The notes below the pieces were generated by a model that saw nothing but the letters and a program-made list of their open reading frames with translations, was not told the origin of the DNA and did not search any database. The position numbers were made by a program, and so were the translations under genes. A stretch of 64,000 nucleotides of DNA from Bilabrum cf. latius. Lineage: Eukaryota. This document shows, piece by piece, positions 49,968 through 62,135 of the stretch (within the stretch, counting starts at the first letter, position 1; every line of letters begins with the position of its first letter). The stretch covers positions 806,001 to 870,000 of the forward strand of contig OZ237748.1 in NCBI GenBank assembly GCA_965178125.1. The letters run 5' to 3'.

Positions 49968-52900
49968 TGCTGGCAGCGACGACGATAGCCGCCCTAAAGT
50001 CCACCCAGCAAACACTATCCAGCATGGAATTATTTATATCACGTCATGCAAATTGTGCATCAAGACAGCGAAGGCACCGCAGAGGTGGCAACGCCAGTCT
50101 TGGCTGGAAATCTCCCCAGCGCCACAAGCGAAGATGCTTGGACACATGGAGAGAGCAGAACACATCAAGAGTACCTGCAACTCCAAGCAAATGTAAAACA
50201 ATCATGCAATCCGTGCAACAGGTGTGAACAGCCCGACCTAGAGTCGAGGTGATCAACCTCCTGCCGCGTGCCGCTTGAGACAGCCAAGAACAACAGTCCC
50301 GGCAGCGACTACAATAGCCGCACAGTCCACCAAGCAAACACTATCCAGCATGGAATTATTTATATCACGTCATGCAAAATGTGCATCAAGATAGCGAAGG
50401 CACCGCAGAGGTGGCAACGCCAGTCTTGGCTGGAAATCTCCCCAGCGCCACAAGCGAAGATGCTTGAGCACATGGAGAGAGCAGAACACATCAAGTGTAC
50501 CTGCAACTCCAAGCAAATGCAAAACAATCATGCAATCCGTGCAACAGGTGTGAACAGCCCGACCTAGAGTCGAGGTGATCAACCTCCTGCCGCGTGCCGC
50601 TTGAGACAGCCAAGAACAACAGTCCCGGCAGCGACTACAATAGCCGCACAGTCCACCTTGCAAACACTATCCAGCATGGAATTATTTATATCACGTCATG
50701 CAAAATGTGCATCAAGACAGCGAAGGCACCGGAGTGGGTGCAACGCTAGACTTGGCTTGAAATCTCCCCAGAGCTCAAGCGAAGGTGCCTGAACACATGG
50801 AGAGAGCAGAACACATCAAGTGCACCGGCAACTCCAAGCAAATGCAAAACAATCATGCAATCCGTGCAACAGGTGTGAACAGCCCGACCTGGAGTCGAGG
50901 TGATCGCGCTCCTGCTGCATGCTGCTACTTGCATGGCAAAACCCGAAACGAAATGTCCGGTGGGCAGGGCGCTAAGTTTGTCGAGACGACAACAAGCACA
51001 ACTGCCCGGCCAAAGTAGCAAGCACTATCCAGCATGGAATTATTTATATCACGTCATGCAAATCGTGCATCAAGACAGCGAAGGCACCGCAGAGGTGGCA
51101 ACGCCAGTCTTGGCTGGAAATCTCCCCAGCGCCACAAGCGAAGATGCTTGAGCACATGGAGAGAGCAGAACACATCAAGTGTACCTGCAACTCCAAGCAA
51201 ATGCAAAACAATCAAGCAATCCGTGCAACAGGTGTGAACAGCCCGACCTGGAGTCGAGGTGATCGCGCTCCTGCTGCATGCTGCTACTTGCATGGCAAAA
51301 CCCGAAACGAAATGTCCGGTGGGCAGGGCGCTAAGTTTGTCGAGACGACAACAAGCACGACTGCCCGTCCAAAGTAGCAAGCACTATCCAGCATGGAATA
51401 TTCCGTGCAACATGTGTGAACAGCCCGACCTAGAGTCGAGGTGAGCAACCTCCCGCCGCGTGCCGCTTGAGACAGCCAAGAACAACAGTCCCGGCAGCGA
51501 CTACAATAGCCGCACAGTCCACCAAGCAAACACTATCCAGCATGGAATTATTTATATCACGTCATGCAAATTGTGCATCAAGACAGCGAAGGCACCGCAG
51601 AGGTGGCAACGCCAGTCTTGGCTGGAAATCTCCCCAGCGCCACAAGCGAAGATGCTTGAGCACATGGAGAGAGCAGAACACATCAAGTGTACCTGCAACT
51701 CCAAGCAAATGCAAAACAATCAAGCAATCCGTGCAACAGGTGTGAGCAGCCCGACCTAGAGTCGAGGTGAGCAACCTCCTGCCGCGTGCCGCTTGAGACA
51801 GCCAAGAACAACAGTCCCGGCAGCGACTACAATAGCCGCACAGTCCACCAAGCAAACACTATCCAGCATGGAATTATTTATATCACGTCATGCAAAATGT
51901 GCATCAAGACAGCGAAGGCACCGCAGAGGTGGCAACGCCAGTCTTGGCTGGAAATCTCCCCAGCGCCACAAGCGAAGATGCTTGGACACATGGAGAGAGC
52001 AGAACACATCAAGTGTACCTGCAACTCCAAGCAAATGCAAAACAAACATGCAATCCGTGCAACAGGTGTGAACAGCCCGACCTAGAGTCGAGGTGAGCAA
52101 CCTCCTGCCGCGTGCCGCTTGAGACAGCCAAGAACAACAGTCCCGGCAGCGACTACAATAGCCGCACAGTCCACCAAGCAAACACTATCCAGCATGGAAT
52201 TATTTATATCACGTCATGCAAAATGTGCATCAAGACAGCGAAGGCACCGCAGAGGTGGCAACGCCAGTCTTGGCTGGAAATCTCCCCGGCGTCACAAGCG
52301 AAGATGCTTGAGCACATGGAGAGAGCAGAACACATCAAGTGTACCTGCAACTCCAAGCAAATGCAAAACAATCATGCAATCCGTGCAACAGGTGTGAACA
52401 GCCCGACCTAGAGTCGAGGTGATCAACCTCCTGCCGCGTGCCGCTTGAGACAGCCAAGAACAACAGTCCCGGCAGCGACTACAATAGCCGCACAGTCCAC
52501 CAAGCAAACACTATCCAGCATGGAATTATTTATATCACGTCATGCAAAATGTGCATCAAGACAGCGAAGGCACCGCAGAGGTGGCAACGCCAGTCTTGGC
52601 TGGAAATCTCCCCAGCGCCACAAGCGAAGATGCTTGAGCACATGGAGAGAGCAGAACACATCAAGTGTACCTGCAACTCCAAGCAAATGCAAAACAATCA
52701 TGCAATCCGTGCAACAGGTGTGAACAGCCCGACCTAGAGTCGAGGTGATCAACCTCCTGCCGCGTGCCGCTTGAGACAGCCAAGAACAACAGTCCCGGCA
52801 GCGACTACAATAGCCGCACAGTCCACCAAGCAAACACTATCCAGCATGGAATTATTTATATCACGTCATGCAAATTGTGCATCAAGACAGCGAAGGCACC

Positions 52901-53080
52901 GCAGAGGTGGCAACGCCAGTCTTGGCTGGAAATCTCCCCAGCGCCACAAGCGAAGATGCTTGAGCACATGGAGAGAGCAGAACACATCAAGTGTACCTGC
53001 AACTCCAAGCAAATGCAAAACAATCATGCAATCCGTGCAACGGGTGTGAACAGCCCGACCTAGAGTCGAGGTGATCATCC
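49968..53080. repeat. Satellite array 2: ~9.5 units of 326 bp, including two 359-bp variants and one truncated unit
   Basis: CACTATCCAGCATGGAAT recurs at ~50013, 50339, 50665, 51024, 51383, 51531, 51857, 52183, 52509 and 52835. Confidence 0.95.
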
Positions 53081-53093
53081 TCCCGCTGGACCA

Positions 53094-54186
53094 GTTCAAA
53101 ACAACAAGCAGCGGGAATCACCTCCTCTGGAGTTGCCCCTGCCTGTCTTCCCAGTGTGTATTGCCACATAGTGACAATTATTACTGAGAATATCGGGGCA
53201 CAGCTGTAGAACACAGGTGCCACCGAAATTCCGAACAAGTGAGAGCCTCACATCTGCGCTCGGACTTGCGACCAATACTACACAATCTCTCCGATCTAAA
53301 TCACTTCGTAACGTGCCTCCGTACCTACGGCACACAACTGACGGTGGCAGCTGGCAACGCCGTACTGGACGCGAACCGGCGAGAGCAGGGTCCGGGTGAA
53401 GGTAGGGCAGGGGGGATGGCCGCAGTTGACGCAAACCTCGGTATATGATGCCTTACTTGAATTCACAGTAGAGCAAGAGGTTAATAAAGCAAAAACTGGT
53501 GAGCGCTGCCCCTCAGCGCCCGAATAGCACGTGGCTTGATTGCCGCTCGAGTCTAATTGTGACCTCTCAACTTCCACATCCGCATGTGGTCGGGTGATCC
53601 GATCCCCGTGATTCAAGTCACTTGTCACACACATGCCCAAACCCCCACCTGCCCGGCCTGTGCCTCCCCCTTGCAGTTCGCCGCATCAGCCCGATGACCC
53701 CACCAATCATCTTCTCCTCCACTACTTCCTCCCCCTTTCCGGTGAACCGTAGCCCCTCTCCCTCTGCTCCGCCCTCCCCAACCCCTTCCACTCGCCCACC
53801 CCATCCCAGTACTTCCCTACCTAGCCGCTCTCTCTCTCTCTCTCTCACTCCTCCGCATCGCTACGTCACATCTGAGCCTGCACCTCTAGCGGGTCCTGCG
53901 CCCACCGCACAACCTCGATCTCAGAGACCTTGTTGCCGTCAGTTGTGTGCCGTAGGTACGGAGGCACGTTACGAAGTGATTTAGATCGGAGAGATTGTGT
54001 AGTATTGGTCGCAAGTCCGAGCGCAGATGTGAGGCTCTCACTTGTTCGGAATTTCGGTGGCACCTGTGTTCTACAGCTGTGCCGCGATATTCTCAGTAAT
54101 AATTGTCATTATGTGGCAATACACACTGGGAAGACAGGCAGGGGCAACTCCAGAGGAGGTGATTCCCGCTGCTTGTTGTTTTGAAC
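53094..54186. repeat. 251-bp inverted repeat pair (53094-53344 and 53936-54186) around a 591-bp spacer
   Basis: Arms are reverse complements with two mismatches seen. The spacer has a pyrimidine-rich tract with (CT)n at ~53828-53846. Confidence 0.93.
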
Positions 54187-54977
54187 CCACCCACCATCCC
54201 CGCAGTTATTACCACTGCCGCGCTACTGCAGCAGTGCCCACTATCGCATCCCATCGCCAGTCTTTTCATTCGTAACTCATCACATTTTACCCGCCCACCT
54301 TCCCCCTCGGGCAAGCACTGACTGGCAGTGAATCGATACAGGGCTGTTGCTCCGCGCTGTTAGCGGTTGTAACCGCTTCGCCAAGACAATCCAAGTCTTG
54401 GCAGAGCCGTGAGGCATGGTGACTCGGCAGCCCATACCAGGGCTGCCCGACCACTAGCACATGACCTGGAGATAGAGCCAGGTCGGTCACTAGACACACG
54501 CGTGTCTACAAAGGTGGCAATACGCCACCGCCCTGAGAGCCAAGCATCGTAGGCTACGTAGCGAGGACTGTAGACCATGACGAAACAATCTCGCAGTGAT
54601 AGATCGCCTCACCAACGAGCATGAGTGAAGGGCGTCATGGCTTCTTGTGGCTATCCGGCTAGCACCACAGCCTGGATAACTCCAAGAATGTATTGATTAG
54701 TTGTATACTAAGATGTTGTTTATAGTACGTGGCCTGTATACCATATATAACTCCAAAGATGGGGACTAAATGAACAAGATCCAAGGACCCGATCTTAATA
54801 GCGTGGATTATTTTGAAAATCTTCTTAATCACCGGCTTAACCCCTAATCACGGATCTTGGGTCTCTGTATTAAGGTTTTGGCCCTAATAGCGCACAGCCC
54901 TGGTAAGCATGTCAATTTACAGTACAGCAAAATCATAAAAATCTACAAATACGGGCAAGCGGAGTGATTCCGAGAAC

Positions 54978-56984
54978 TCACTCATCCTACCGCTCTTCGC
55001 CTTCATCCTTCTTCTCTTCATGGTCGTCATCAGCATGCTTCGAGGCAGCAATTTGCAGCGGGGCTACCTCTCTTGCCTCTATCCACTCCCTGCCCCCTTT
55101 CTCCACCACTCGCCCATGACTTGGCATCGGCAAGCTCATGCACTCACACGCCCCGGCATGCCCGTCGATTTCACCGGTGATCATCATCCTCTCTGTGGCT
55201 TCACCTAGCAGCTCCGCGCGAACGTCATTGTACTTTAGGCTGGCATACCGGTGGAATAGCGTTGTGGCCGCCCTGTCCGAGCAACTGCACTTGGTGCTTA
55301 TCCTTGCGACCTTCCACGGTCCTTGCCTGGCTCCCCTTCGGCGACTTGAACCAGAACGCTCGTCCTCGTCCTCATCTTCTGTACTCCCCCCAAGGTCTTG
55401 CCCATCGCCAACGTGCTCTTGGCAGTACCGACACGACTCGCCCAGATACAGGAGGGGTCCTTTGCACGCAAAGCAGCCGTCTATGGCGGGCCTGATAATC
55501 CTGGTCTGCCGTCCCACAACCCGCTTGCACGACAAGCAACCCCACCGATGACGAAACACGGGCGTGTAGGCGTGCTTGATGCGCACTGGGTACTCTGGCT
55601 CGGTCAGTGCTGCGTGGCACCTCCAATCATGGAATAGAGGTCCGTGTCCGCGCTCCCGCACGCGGTTCACAACGCAAACGGCGACGTGGCACATTTCGTG
55701 CAGCAAGGAGCAGGCCATCTGCTGATGCGTGGATAGAACGTTCGTGCTGAGTTCGATTCTTATCGACTGAACCACGGCATCTTCCGGCCAGTGGACGCGA
55801 GTTTTTCCGGCGATCGCAGCGAGACGGGTATTCCAGCTGATCTCAATGTGGGGGCTGCCACTACCACTGCCACTACCCGATGATGCAGGTCCAGACCGTG
55901 TACCACGGGATTTCCAGTACATGGCCGGTGGCAGCTGACCGCTGAACACTGTCCTGTTGAACCTGCGGTACAGCTGCATTGCGATCATGGCACGCTTGCT
56001 CCTGCATGCAGGCAGTAGCGTGGGCGATACTTCGACACCTTTTTCTGCACTAGATCTTCTGCCGGGTGAAGAACCAGCCGAAGCAGCAGTCGCAGCGACG
56101 GTTGCATCCTTGGGACCGGCTTGGCTTGCCTTACGCTTCGTTTGGCCGGTGCCAGATTGGCGCGTGGTGCGGGTCTTTTTTCTGCCCTTGTCATCGCCAT
56201 CCTCGTCGTCGTCCTCGTCCTCGTACGCGTCCTCTATATCGCAACTAGGGCTGTGCCCGGCTCCAGTGGAAGCACCGGAGCCGCCCCAGCGGCTGCCCGT
56301 ATCGCTGCCCGTGCCCCTGTGCCTGTCGATGTATCTGCCGCTGGGCCTGCCAACGCCGAAGCCAGCGTTAGCACCAACATCGCCCAGTTGCTACCTCGTC
56401 CTCCTCCACCTTTTGGGCCCAAGGGCTAGAGGCCTGTTTCGATTGACGCGACCCCACTGGCATGGAGGAGGAGTCCGCACGTCCCCTGCGCCCCGGGAGG
56501 AGTTCTCTGCAGTCTTCACCTCCCGTGCGCGCGAGTGCCCAGCTCTGGCCTTGGCCCTAGATTCGGCTCTAGATCTGGCGCGAGCACGTGCCCTCAGTCT
56601 GACCGTTCTGATGATACCAGTGGTGCCGCTCGTTCCAGTTGGCCCGTCTGCCCCGCGCACCGACTGGACGGTGTCTCCGTTGCCTCCGACAGTGCCAGTG
56701 TCCCCGTTCTAGTCGTCCGAGGGATCACGAGGCTCCACGCTGGTCGCTGCGGCACCAGCTTGGAGACCTTCTCGGCTGTATCCCGCCTCTCCTGGGACAC
56801 GCATACTGCCGTCCGAATCGGACTCGGTGTCGGGCGGTATCTCGATCGGGCTCTGGCTCCTGTCCGTGGCGCCCGCATGCGCGCTAATCATGTACTGCGT
56901 ATTAGCTTCAGTATATGAAAAGCTCGGGCAGGGACTGTCATGCGTTTGGCTTTGGCCACTCAGTTGTTCCGATGGAGAAGACAT
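54978..56984 (-). CDS. GCNA/ACRC-like SprT (Spartan-family) metalloprotease, copy 1 (668 aa, 3 in-frame TAG)
   Basis: Disordered acidic/basic N-terminus read through TAG 56709 and 56391, then LYRRFNRTVF..LP, IEISWNTRL..AG, IELS..VL, LLHEMCH (HExxH), HGPLF, a CxxC..CxxC zinc ribbon and a degenerate HMG-like segment. Ends ER*DE-TGA 54978-54980. Confidence 0.85.
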
Positions 56985-57842
56985 GGCGAGCACCGAATAC
57001 ACCAGACGCTGTCTGCACTACCTCTCAGGCTAAAAATCGCGACACCGCTTCGTTAATTCGGGCGGTAGATTGGTATCAGGGTCCTTATTGCGATATTATA
57101 AGCACGTGAGTACAGGTTGCACCCCGGTGTACAATTTCCTGGTACCGCTACCAATTCAGACCGCGAACGGAGCTCTGACTACGCTAGGTGTACAGTAGCA
57201 GCAATTAACAATCGGACCATATATAGTTGCATCGACAACTTACGACTGTCGATTACAAGTTCCGATTTCTTCTTATTTGGTGATATTGTGTGTCCAGTTG
57301 CACTTCTGCCAACTGGTGCGAAGTCGTATCGCTTCTCAGATTATTACTGATAGCATTAGCAGTAAAATTGATACGGTTGTTGAGAGTGCCATCAATCTTT
57401 GCAGATGCAGTCAGGATGAGCGACGGATATAGGCGAAAGCTCATTTCGGAGTTCAGGACGGCTGGTTCAGGCGATGTTGTATCCTGTAGATATTTTCTGC
57501 TATACAAGGCTTTATTTCAGTCCACATTATCTCTCCTAATATTACACATGTGTTGAATTGAACCATTTGCTAGAGAAAGGTCGCTTTGGCACCAGGTGCA
57601 GGGCTGACCAGGCAGATAGGACTTCCATACGCGATCCACTACAACTAACTTGCGTCAGGTTAGTTGAATCTTGACAATACTGATACTTTTGAACAAAACT
57701 AAAACAAGCTTAGATTCATATTGCATCGTGTCAGATAAAGCTTCCGTTACGTAGGACGCTTGAAGCCTTGCCATTCCCCCTCCAAGCCGCAGTCGGGAAG
57801 CAGCACCCTTCACCGATGAGTGCGCGTCTGTGCCGATTTCGT

Positions 57843-60143
57843 TCACTCGATCCCGTTCTCTTTGCTTCCGTCCTTATCGGTCGGCTGAATTGGCTTCTCG
57901 TCCCAGACGGCACCTGCACCTGCACCTGCACCTGTTCCTGCACCTGCACCCGCACCTGCACCTACACCTGCACCTGCACCTGTTGTACCTGCACCTGCAC
58001 CTGCACCTGCACCTGCACCTGCGCCTGCACCTGCGCCTGCGCTTGCTGCACCACGCGAACGCCGCCGCTGCTCCGCCTCCCGAGTTTCCATCCACTTCTT
58101 TCCGCCACGGTGGAAAAACCTCATTTGCAGCTCCTCGATGACGGCGCTGTGGCCTGGAACAGGGAGGCACCGACAGCGGCGGCGCGGCAGGGGATGGCGG
58201 GTGCTGCACGCCGCTTCGGTGCCACTTTGGCCAGCACCCGCCATGCAACTTTGGCCAGCACCCAGCTCTCTCTCAATGGCAGCATTCGTCAGCTCCTTGC
58301 GCACATCGGTATACTTGAGGCAAACGTACCGGTGAAGCAGAGAAGGGGCATGGCGAAACGACCTGCTGCACCGCGTCGTGACCCTAGCACTCTGCGGAGG
58401 CCCGTGCTTGGACCGACCTCCGCGTTTCCCGTGATACTGCCCACCTCCGGATTGCCCCTCACAGGACCGACAGGCCTCGCCGATGTACACGAGTGCCCGT
58501 TTGCAGCTCCTGCATCCATCCACGGCCGGGTCAATGCTCTTGCTTTGCCGGCCAACGACCTGCTTGCAGAACACGCATCCCCACATGTGCTTGTGCACGG
58601 TGACGTACCTGTGCCTGACGGAAACGGGGTACTCGGGCTCTTCAGTGCCCGCGCGATCCTTCCAGTGATGGAACCGATGGCCGTGACTTCTCTCCCGGGT
58701 ACTGTCGATCATGCTAACGGCCATGTGACACATCTCATGCAGGAGGGTACACCCCAGCTGGTATTCCGTTGACAGGATCTTCGTGCTGAGCTCGATCCCG
58801 GCCCATTGTACCGGTCCTAGGGGAGCGGTCCTAGGGGGCTCTCGAGCCGCAGGATCGGATGACGAAGGGTTGAGCTCGCCTGCGGATGCAACCTGGGACA
58901 TCCTCATCCTGATTGCCCTCCCCGCAGCAGATCGTAGCCGTGGGTTCCAGCTCAATTCCACCCGTGCACATGCCGTGGTCCCGCTGGAGCTGCTGGCGCT
59001 TCTGGTGCTGCTCTTGATATCAGAGTGCACGGCCGGTGGCAGCTGACCGCTGAACACTGTCCTGTTGAACCTGTGGTACAGCTGCAGTGCGATCATGGCA
59101 CGCTGGCTCTGGCATGCAGGCAGTAGTTGGCCATCAGCACTCGGACCCGGAGCCCAGACCGAGTCCTTGTGTCCTCCATCCACGTCGTCCTGGAGCATGG
59201 GGGGGCATTTCCCCCCGCATGGGGGGGTTCTTATGGGGGTTCCCTTGTGCGATGGGGTCTCCAGAGACGCTCCTGTCGAGGTCCACCTGACCCGGGGGTC
59301 ACCGTGCGCACTACCATGCGATGCATCGTCGCGCTCTACCCGCGCCTTCTTCGCCCCTCGAGTTGTGCCGTCCATATCGTCAGTGTCGCTGTCAGTGTCG
59401 CTGTCAGTGTCGTTGTCGCTGTCGCTTTCATCCGCGTCAGGGTCGGCGCCCCACCTCGCCTTGATGCGCCCATCGGCCTCCTTGGTTGCGTCGGCGCCAG
59501 AGCCGTGCCCAGCCACGAGCCCCATTGCCCCTACCACCTCCCCCACGGGCTCTACTCTCCGCCTCTTGTCGCCCAACGCAGCCTTGGGCGCGTATATTGA
59601 AGGCCCCTTTCCATGGATGGGTACAGCGGCGGCTGGGCCTCCACGGCTCGGGGCAGCGGTTTGGGCAGCGCCGCTGTCGTTTCCGTGGCCTGATCGCGCT
59701 GACCCATCGCCGTCTCCAACCCCGCTGCCGGGTGCTGAGGAGGCAGCGCTGGCGGGGAATGCGTCTTCACCGACCGGGCTGCCTGACGGTTCTGCGCTTC
59801 TCTTGACGAGTGCGGGATTGTATGACTCGGTGCCCCCCGTGTCGATGATTCCGCTGATGCGGATTCTTCCACTGGCAGTCCACCGGATGGCGCGTACCTC
59901 TCCTGGGCCTGCTGGTAGGTCTCGTTCATCGGCATTGTCGGCGTCCTCGGTACTCCACCTCCTCCCTCTTGACCTCCTCACCCTTCTCCTGGCGGGGGCT
60001 GGGGCCATCATGTGCGAGTCCGAATCAGAGTTCTAGTCAGGGTCCGAATCCCAGATCAGGGCGGAGCCAGATATGCCTTGGCTTGAGCTCGTATTCGCTT
60101 CGTCTTCACTGGCGCCGTCAAGTTTGCCGGACTAAGATGACAT
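57843..60143 (-). CDS. GCNA/ACRC-like SprT metalloprotease, copy 2
   Basis: The 722-aa ORF has LLHEMCH, HGHRF, CVFC..CRSC and an HMG-like segment. It extends 44 codons upstream through two TAG to ATG 60143 (MSS*SG, matching the MSSPSE start of copy 1). Ends in TGA. Confidence 0.85.
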
Positions 60144-61057
60144 CGCCAGGGCTCCAAGGACTCTGTTCGCACCAGTCTGCAATCGAGTAGCTTAGCTGGA
60201 TGCTTCGTTCGGCACCCAGGCTTAAGTTTGAGGGTATTTAATACTGCGATAACGAATTGGGGGTGTCAATACTGTAATTTAAGAATTATTTGGGTGCAAA
60301 CGAGCTGCTTCGAATGCTACGGCACTGCTACCGGCGCACAATGCTGTCGAGAACTGTGTGTAGCCCAACCACAACCACGCTTCAAAGAAATCATGCATGC
60401 CATCCGTAGCAGATACAGTGGTACAGTATCAGTATGTAACACTTATATATCACCTTACGTCTAAAATAATGTGTAAGATTCTCCTGGACGGCTTCTTTTT
60501 TGTGATTACATGCACCTGTTTGCAGGTGGGGATTGTTCCAGGCAACACCGAAGGTTCTACGAATGTTCTGCGCTCACGCATTTTATGTTATTAGCTCTCT
60601 CTCCACGTATGGCTTCACCAATACAACTTAGAGCAGGCCATGTAGTATAATGAGGTGAGTTGTTTGCACGGAGGCTTCGGTGTAGCAAAATACGTGTGCT
60701 TTTATGCCATGCATTGGCTGCAGATGTTGATGCAATCTCTAGTGTCTTCACTGTCTTATCATGGCCGCGAACCTGAGGATCATCGGTACGCAGTACATGT
60801 TTATTGGTATTTTTCATTTGCTAGGTATGGGTTGGGGCTATTCATTGCATTGGTAGGACTGCCATCTGCCTGGCACTGTTGGCAAAATCAATCTCGACCT
60901 TTCGGTCCACACACGGCACCAAGCAATCAAGTTAAGCACATTGAGTCGGTTTAGTAGTGTATATATCACAATGTTGCACTTTCAAAGTGGCTCTCGGCCC
61001 AAACTGCTGATAATTCCTGAAACATGTTGCTCGCTCTCTTGGCAAGGTGTTGCTCGC

Positions 61058-61760
61058 TCATCGCCGCCGCCCCCGCTTCGCCCCGATTGCCCCGCCGTCC
61101 GCGTACCCTCCGGCGCTCCCATCCTCTTCATCATCGATGTCTCCGTCATAGCTGTGATCGAATCCGCCCTCTGGATCAAAATCCCACCGGAACGTGGCCT
61201 GCTCAGCACCTTCGGTCCTCCTCCTCCTCCTCCTATAGGCCGGCCTGCCACCTCGGCGAATGCTGCCACCACTGGCATGCTCCAGCCGGGCCGCATCAGT
61301 GCGCGCCCCTGTGGCACCGGCCCACCCGCGGCCCACCCGCGCACTCGTCACCACAACGTCCTCTTCGTCATCGTGCACCTCGCTCCATCCGTCTGCCTCC
61401 ACATCCACGGGGTCAGCCAACAGCGATTCGCTGCTGGAGTCGTCCTCGTCGTCGCCGTATTGATGTTCCCCCTCTTCGTCTGCTATACATTTGCCTGCTA
61501 GAGCAACAGCCCCGACGGCAGATATCCAGTGCCGTGATTGCCCAGGAACGCTGGTGCTGGTGCTGGTGCTGGTGCTGGTGCTGCTGCTTCTGCTGCTGCT
61601 GGTAATCGCCTGCGCCATCGCCATTTTGCCATTACTGCAGCACGATCCGATGTTTTCAGTTCGGCCGTTCGGCTCAATGGCGCGCTTGTCCTCATTGGCC
61701 GAATCGGTCCCCTGAGCTGTGGCGAGCTCCGTGGTCTCGGGGGCGGCTCCTCCACGCGCC
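61058..61760 (-). CDS. Acidic low-complexity hypothetical protein (paralogue of the next gene); 5' end unresolved
   Basis: C-terminus DGSAGGYADGGAIGAKRGRRR-TGA matches DGGAGGYADDGTIGAKRGRH-TAA of the 62754 gene. Confidence 0.55.
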
Positions 61761-61852
61761 TATTTAAGTGATGAAGCTTGAAATGCACTGCAACATGTTT
61801 GAGTGTAGATTTGCAGTTAGAGGCTCAAGTGCTGTGTGGAGCGCAGGTGAAG

Positions 61853-62135
61853 TAGTTTTAATCTTCTTCTTCCACAAGTCAGCGCAACGAAGCTGCCAGT
61901 GGCTGGATTTCGTGCTCTCGGTCAATTGTAACCAATTGAATGTAAACTCGACTGTCTGCATTTTCTAAATTATATTATATCACGATGCCATACTATAGAT
62001 ACAGTTGTTGAATTATTTCTGTCAGAAGTGATGCTGTAACATCATTGACGAATGCAGTTCACAAGTGCCGGCAACCAGCTCCATCCACAAGTTGCAACCG
62101 GCCCAGAAAAACTTTCAAGAAGAAGATTAAAACTA
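61853..62135. mobile_element. Candidate MITE: 17-bp TIRs flanked by TA
   Basis: TA|GTTTTAATCTTCTTCTT (61853-61871) ... AAGAAGAAGATTAAAAC|TA (62117-62135), a perfect inverted pair with an AT-rich non-coding interior. Confidence 0.5.

Larger units (their letters stand above)
47190..54630. mobile_element. Putative non-autonomous, foldback-like element: ~7.4 kb bounded by ~150-bp inverted repeats, with no recognisable coding capacity
   Basis: 47205-47347 is the reverse complement of 54454-54605 (9-bp insertion in the right copy), with gapped similarity extending to 47190/54630. No clear target-site duplication and no transposase seen. Confidence 0.45.

Noticed and set aside
47347-53080. Satellite arrays as CRISPR arrays or as protein-coding repeats
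   Set aside because: There are no unique spacers and no cas genes. Unit lengths of 125, 128 and 326 are not multiples of three, and TGA/TAA interrupt the frames, including the one I traced through the 378-bp period.
7333-53640. Short similarity (TCAGCGCCC..GAATAGCA; CYSGA) between ~7490 and ~53515
   Set aside because: Too short, with no extendable alignment by eye; may be chance.
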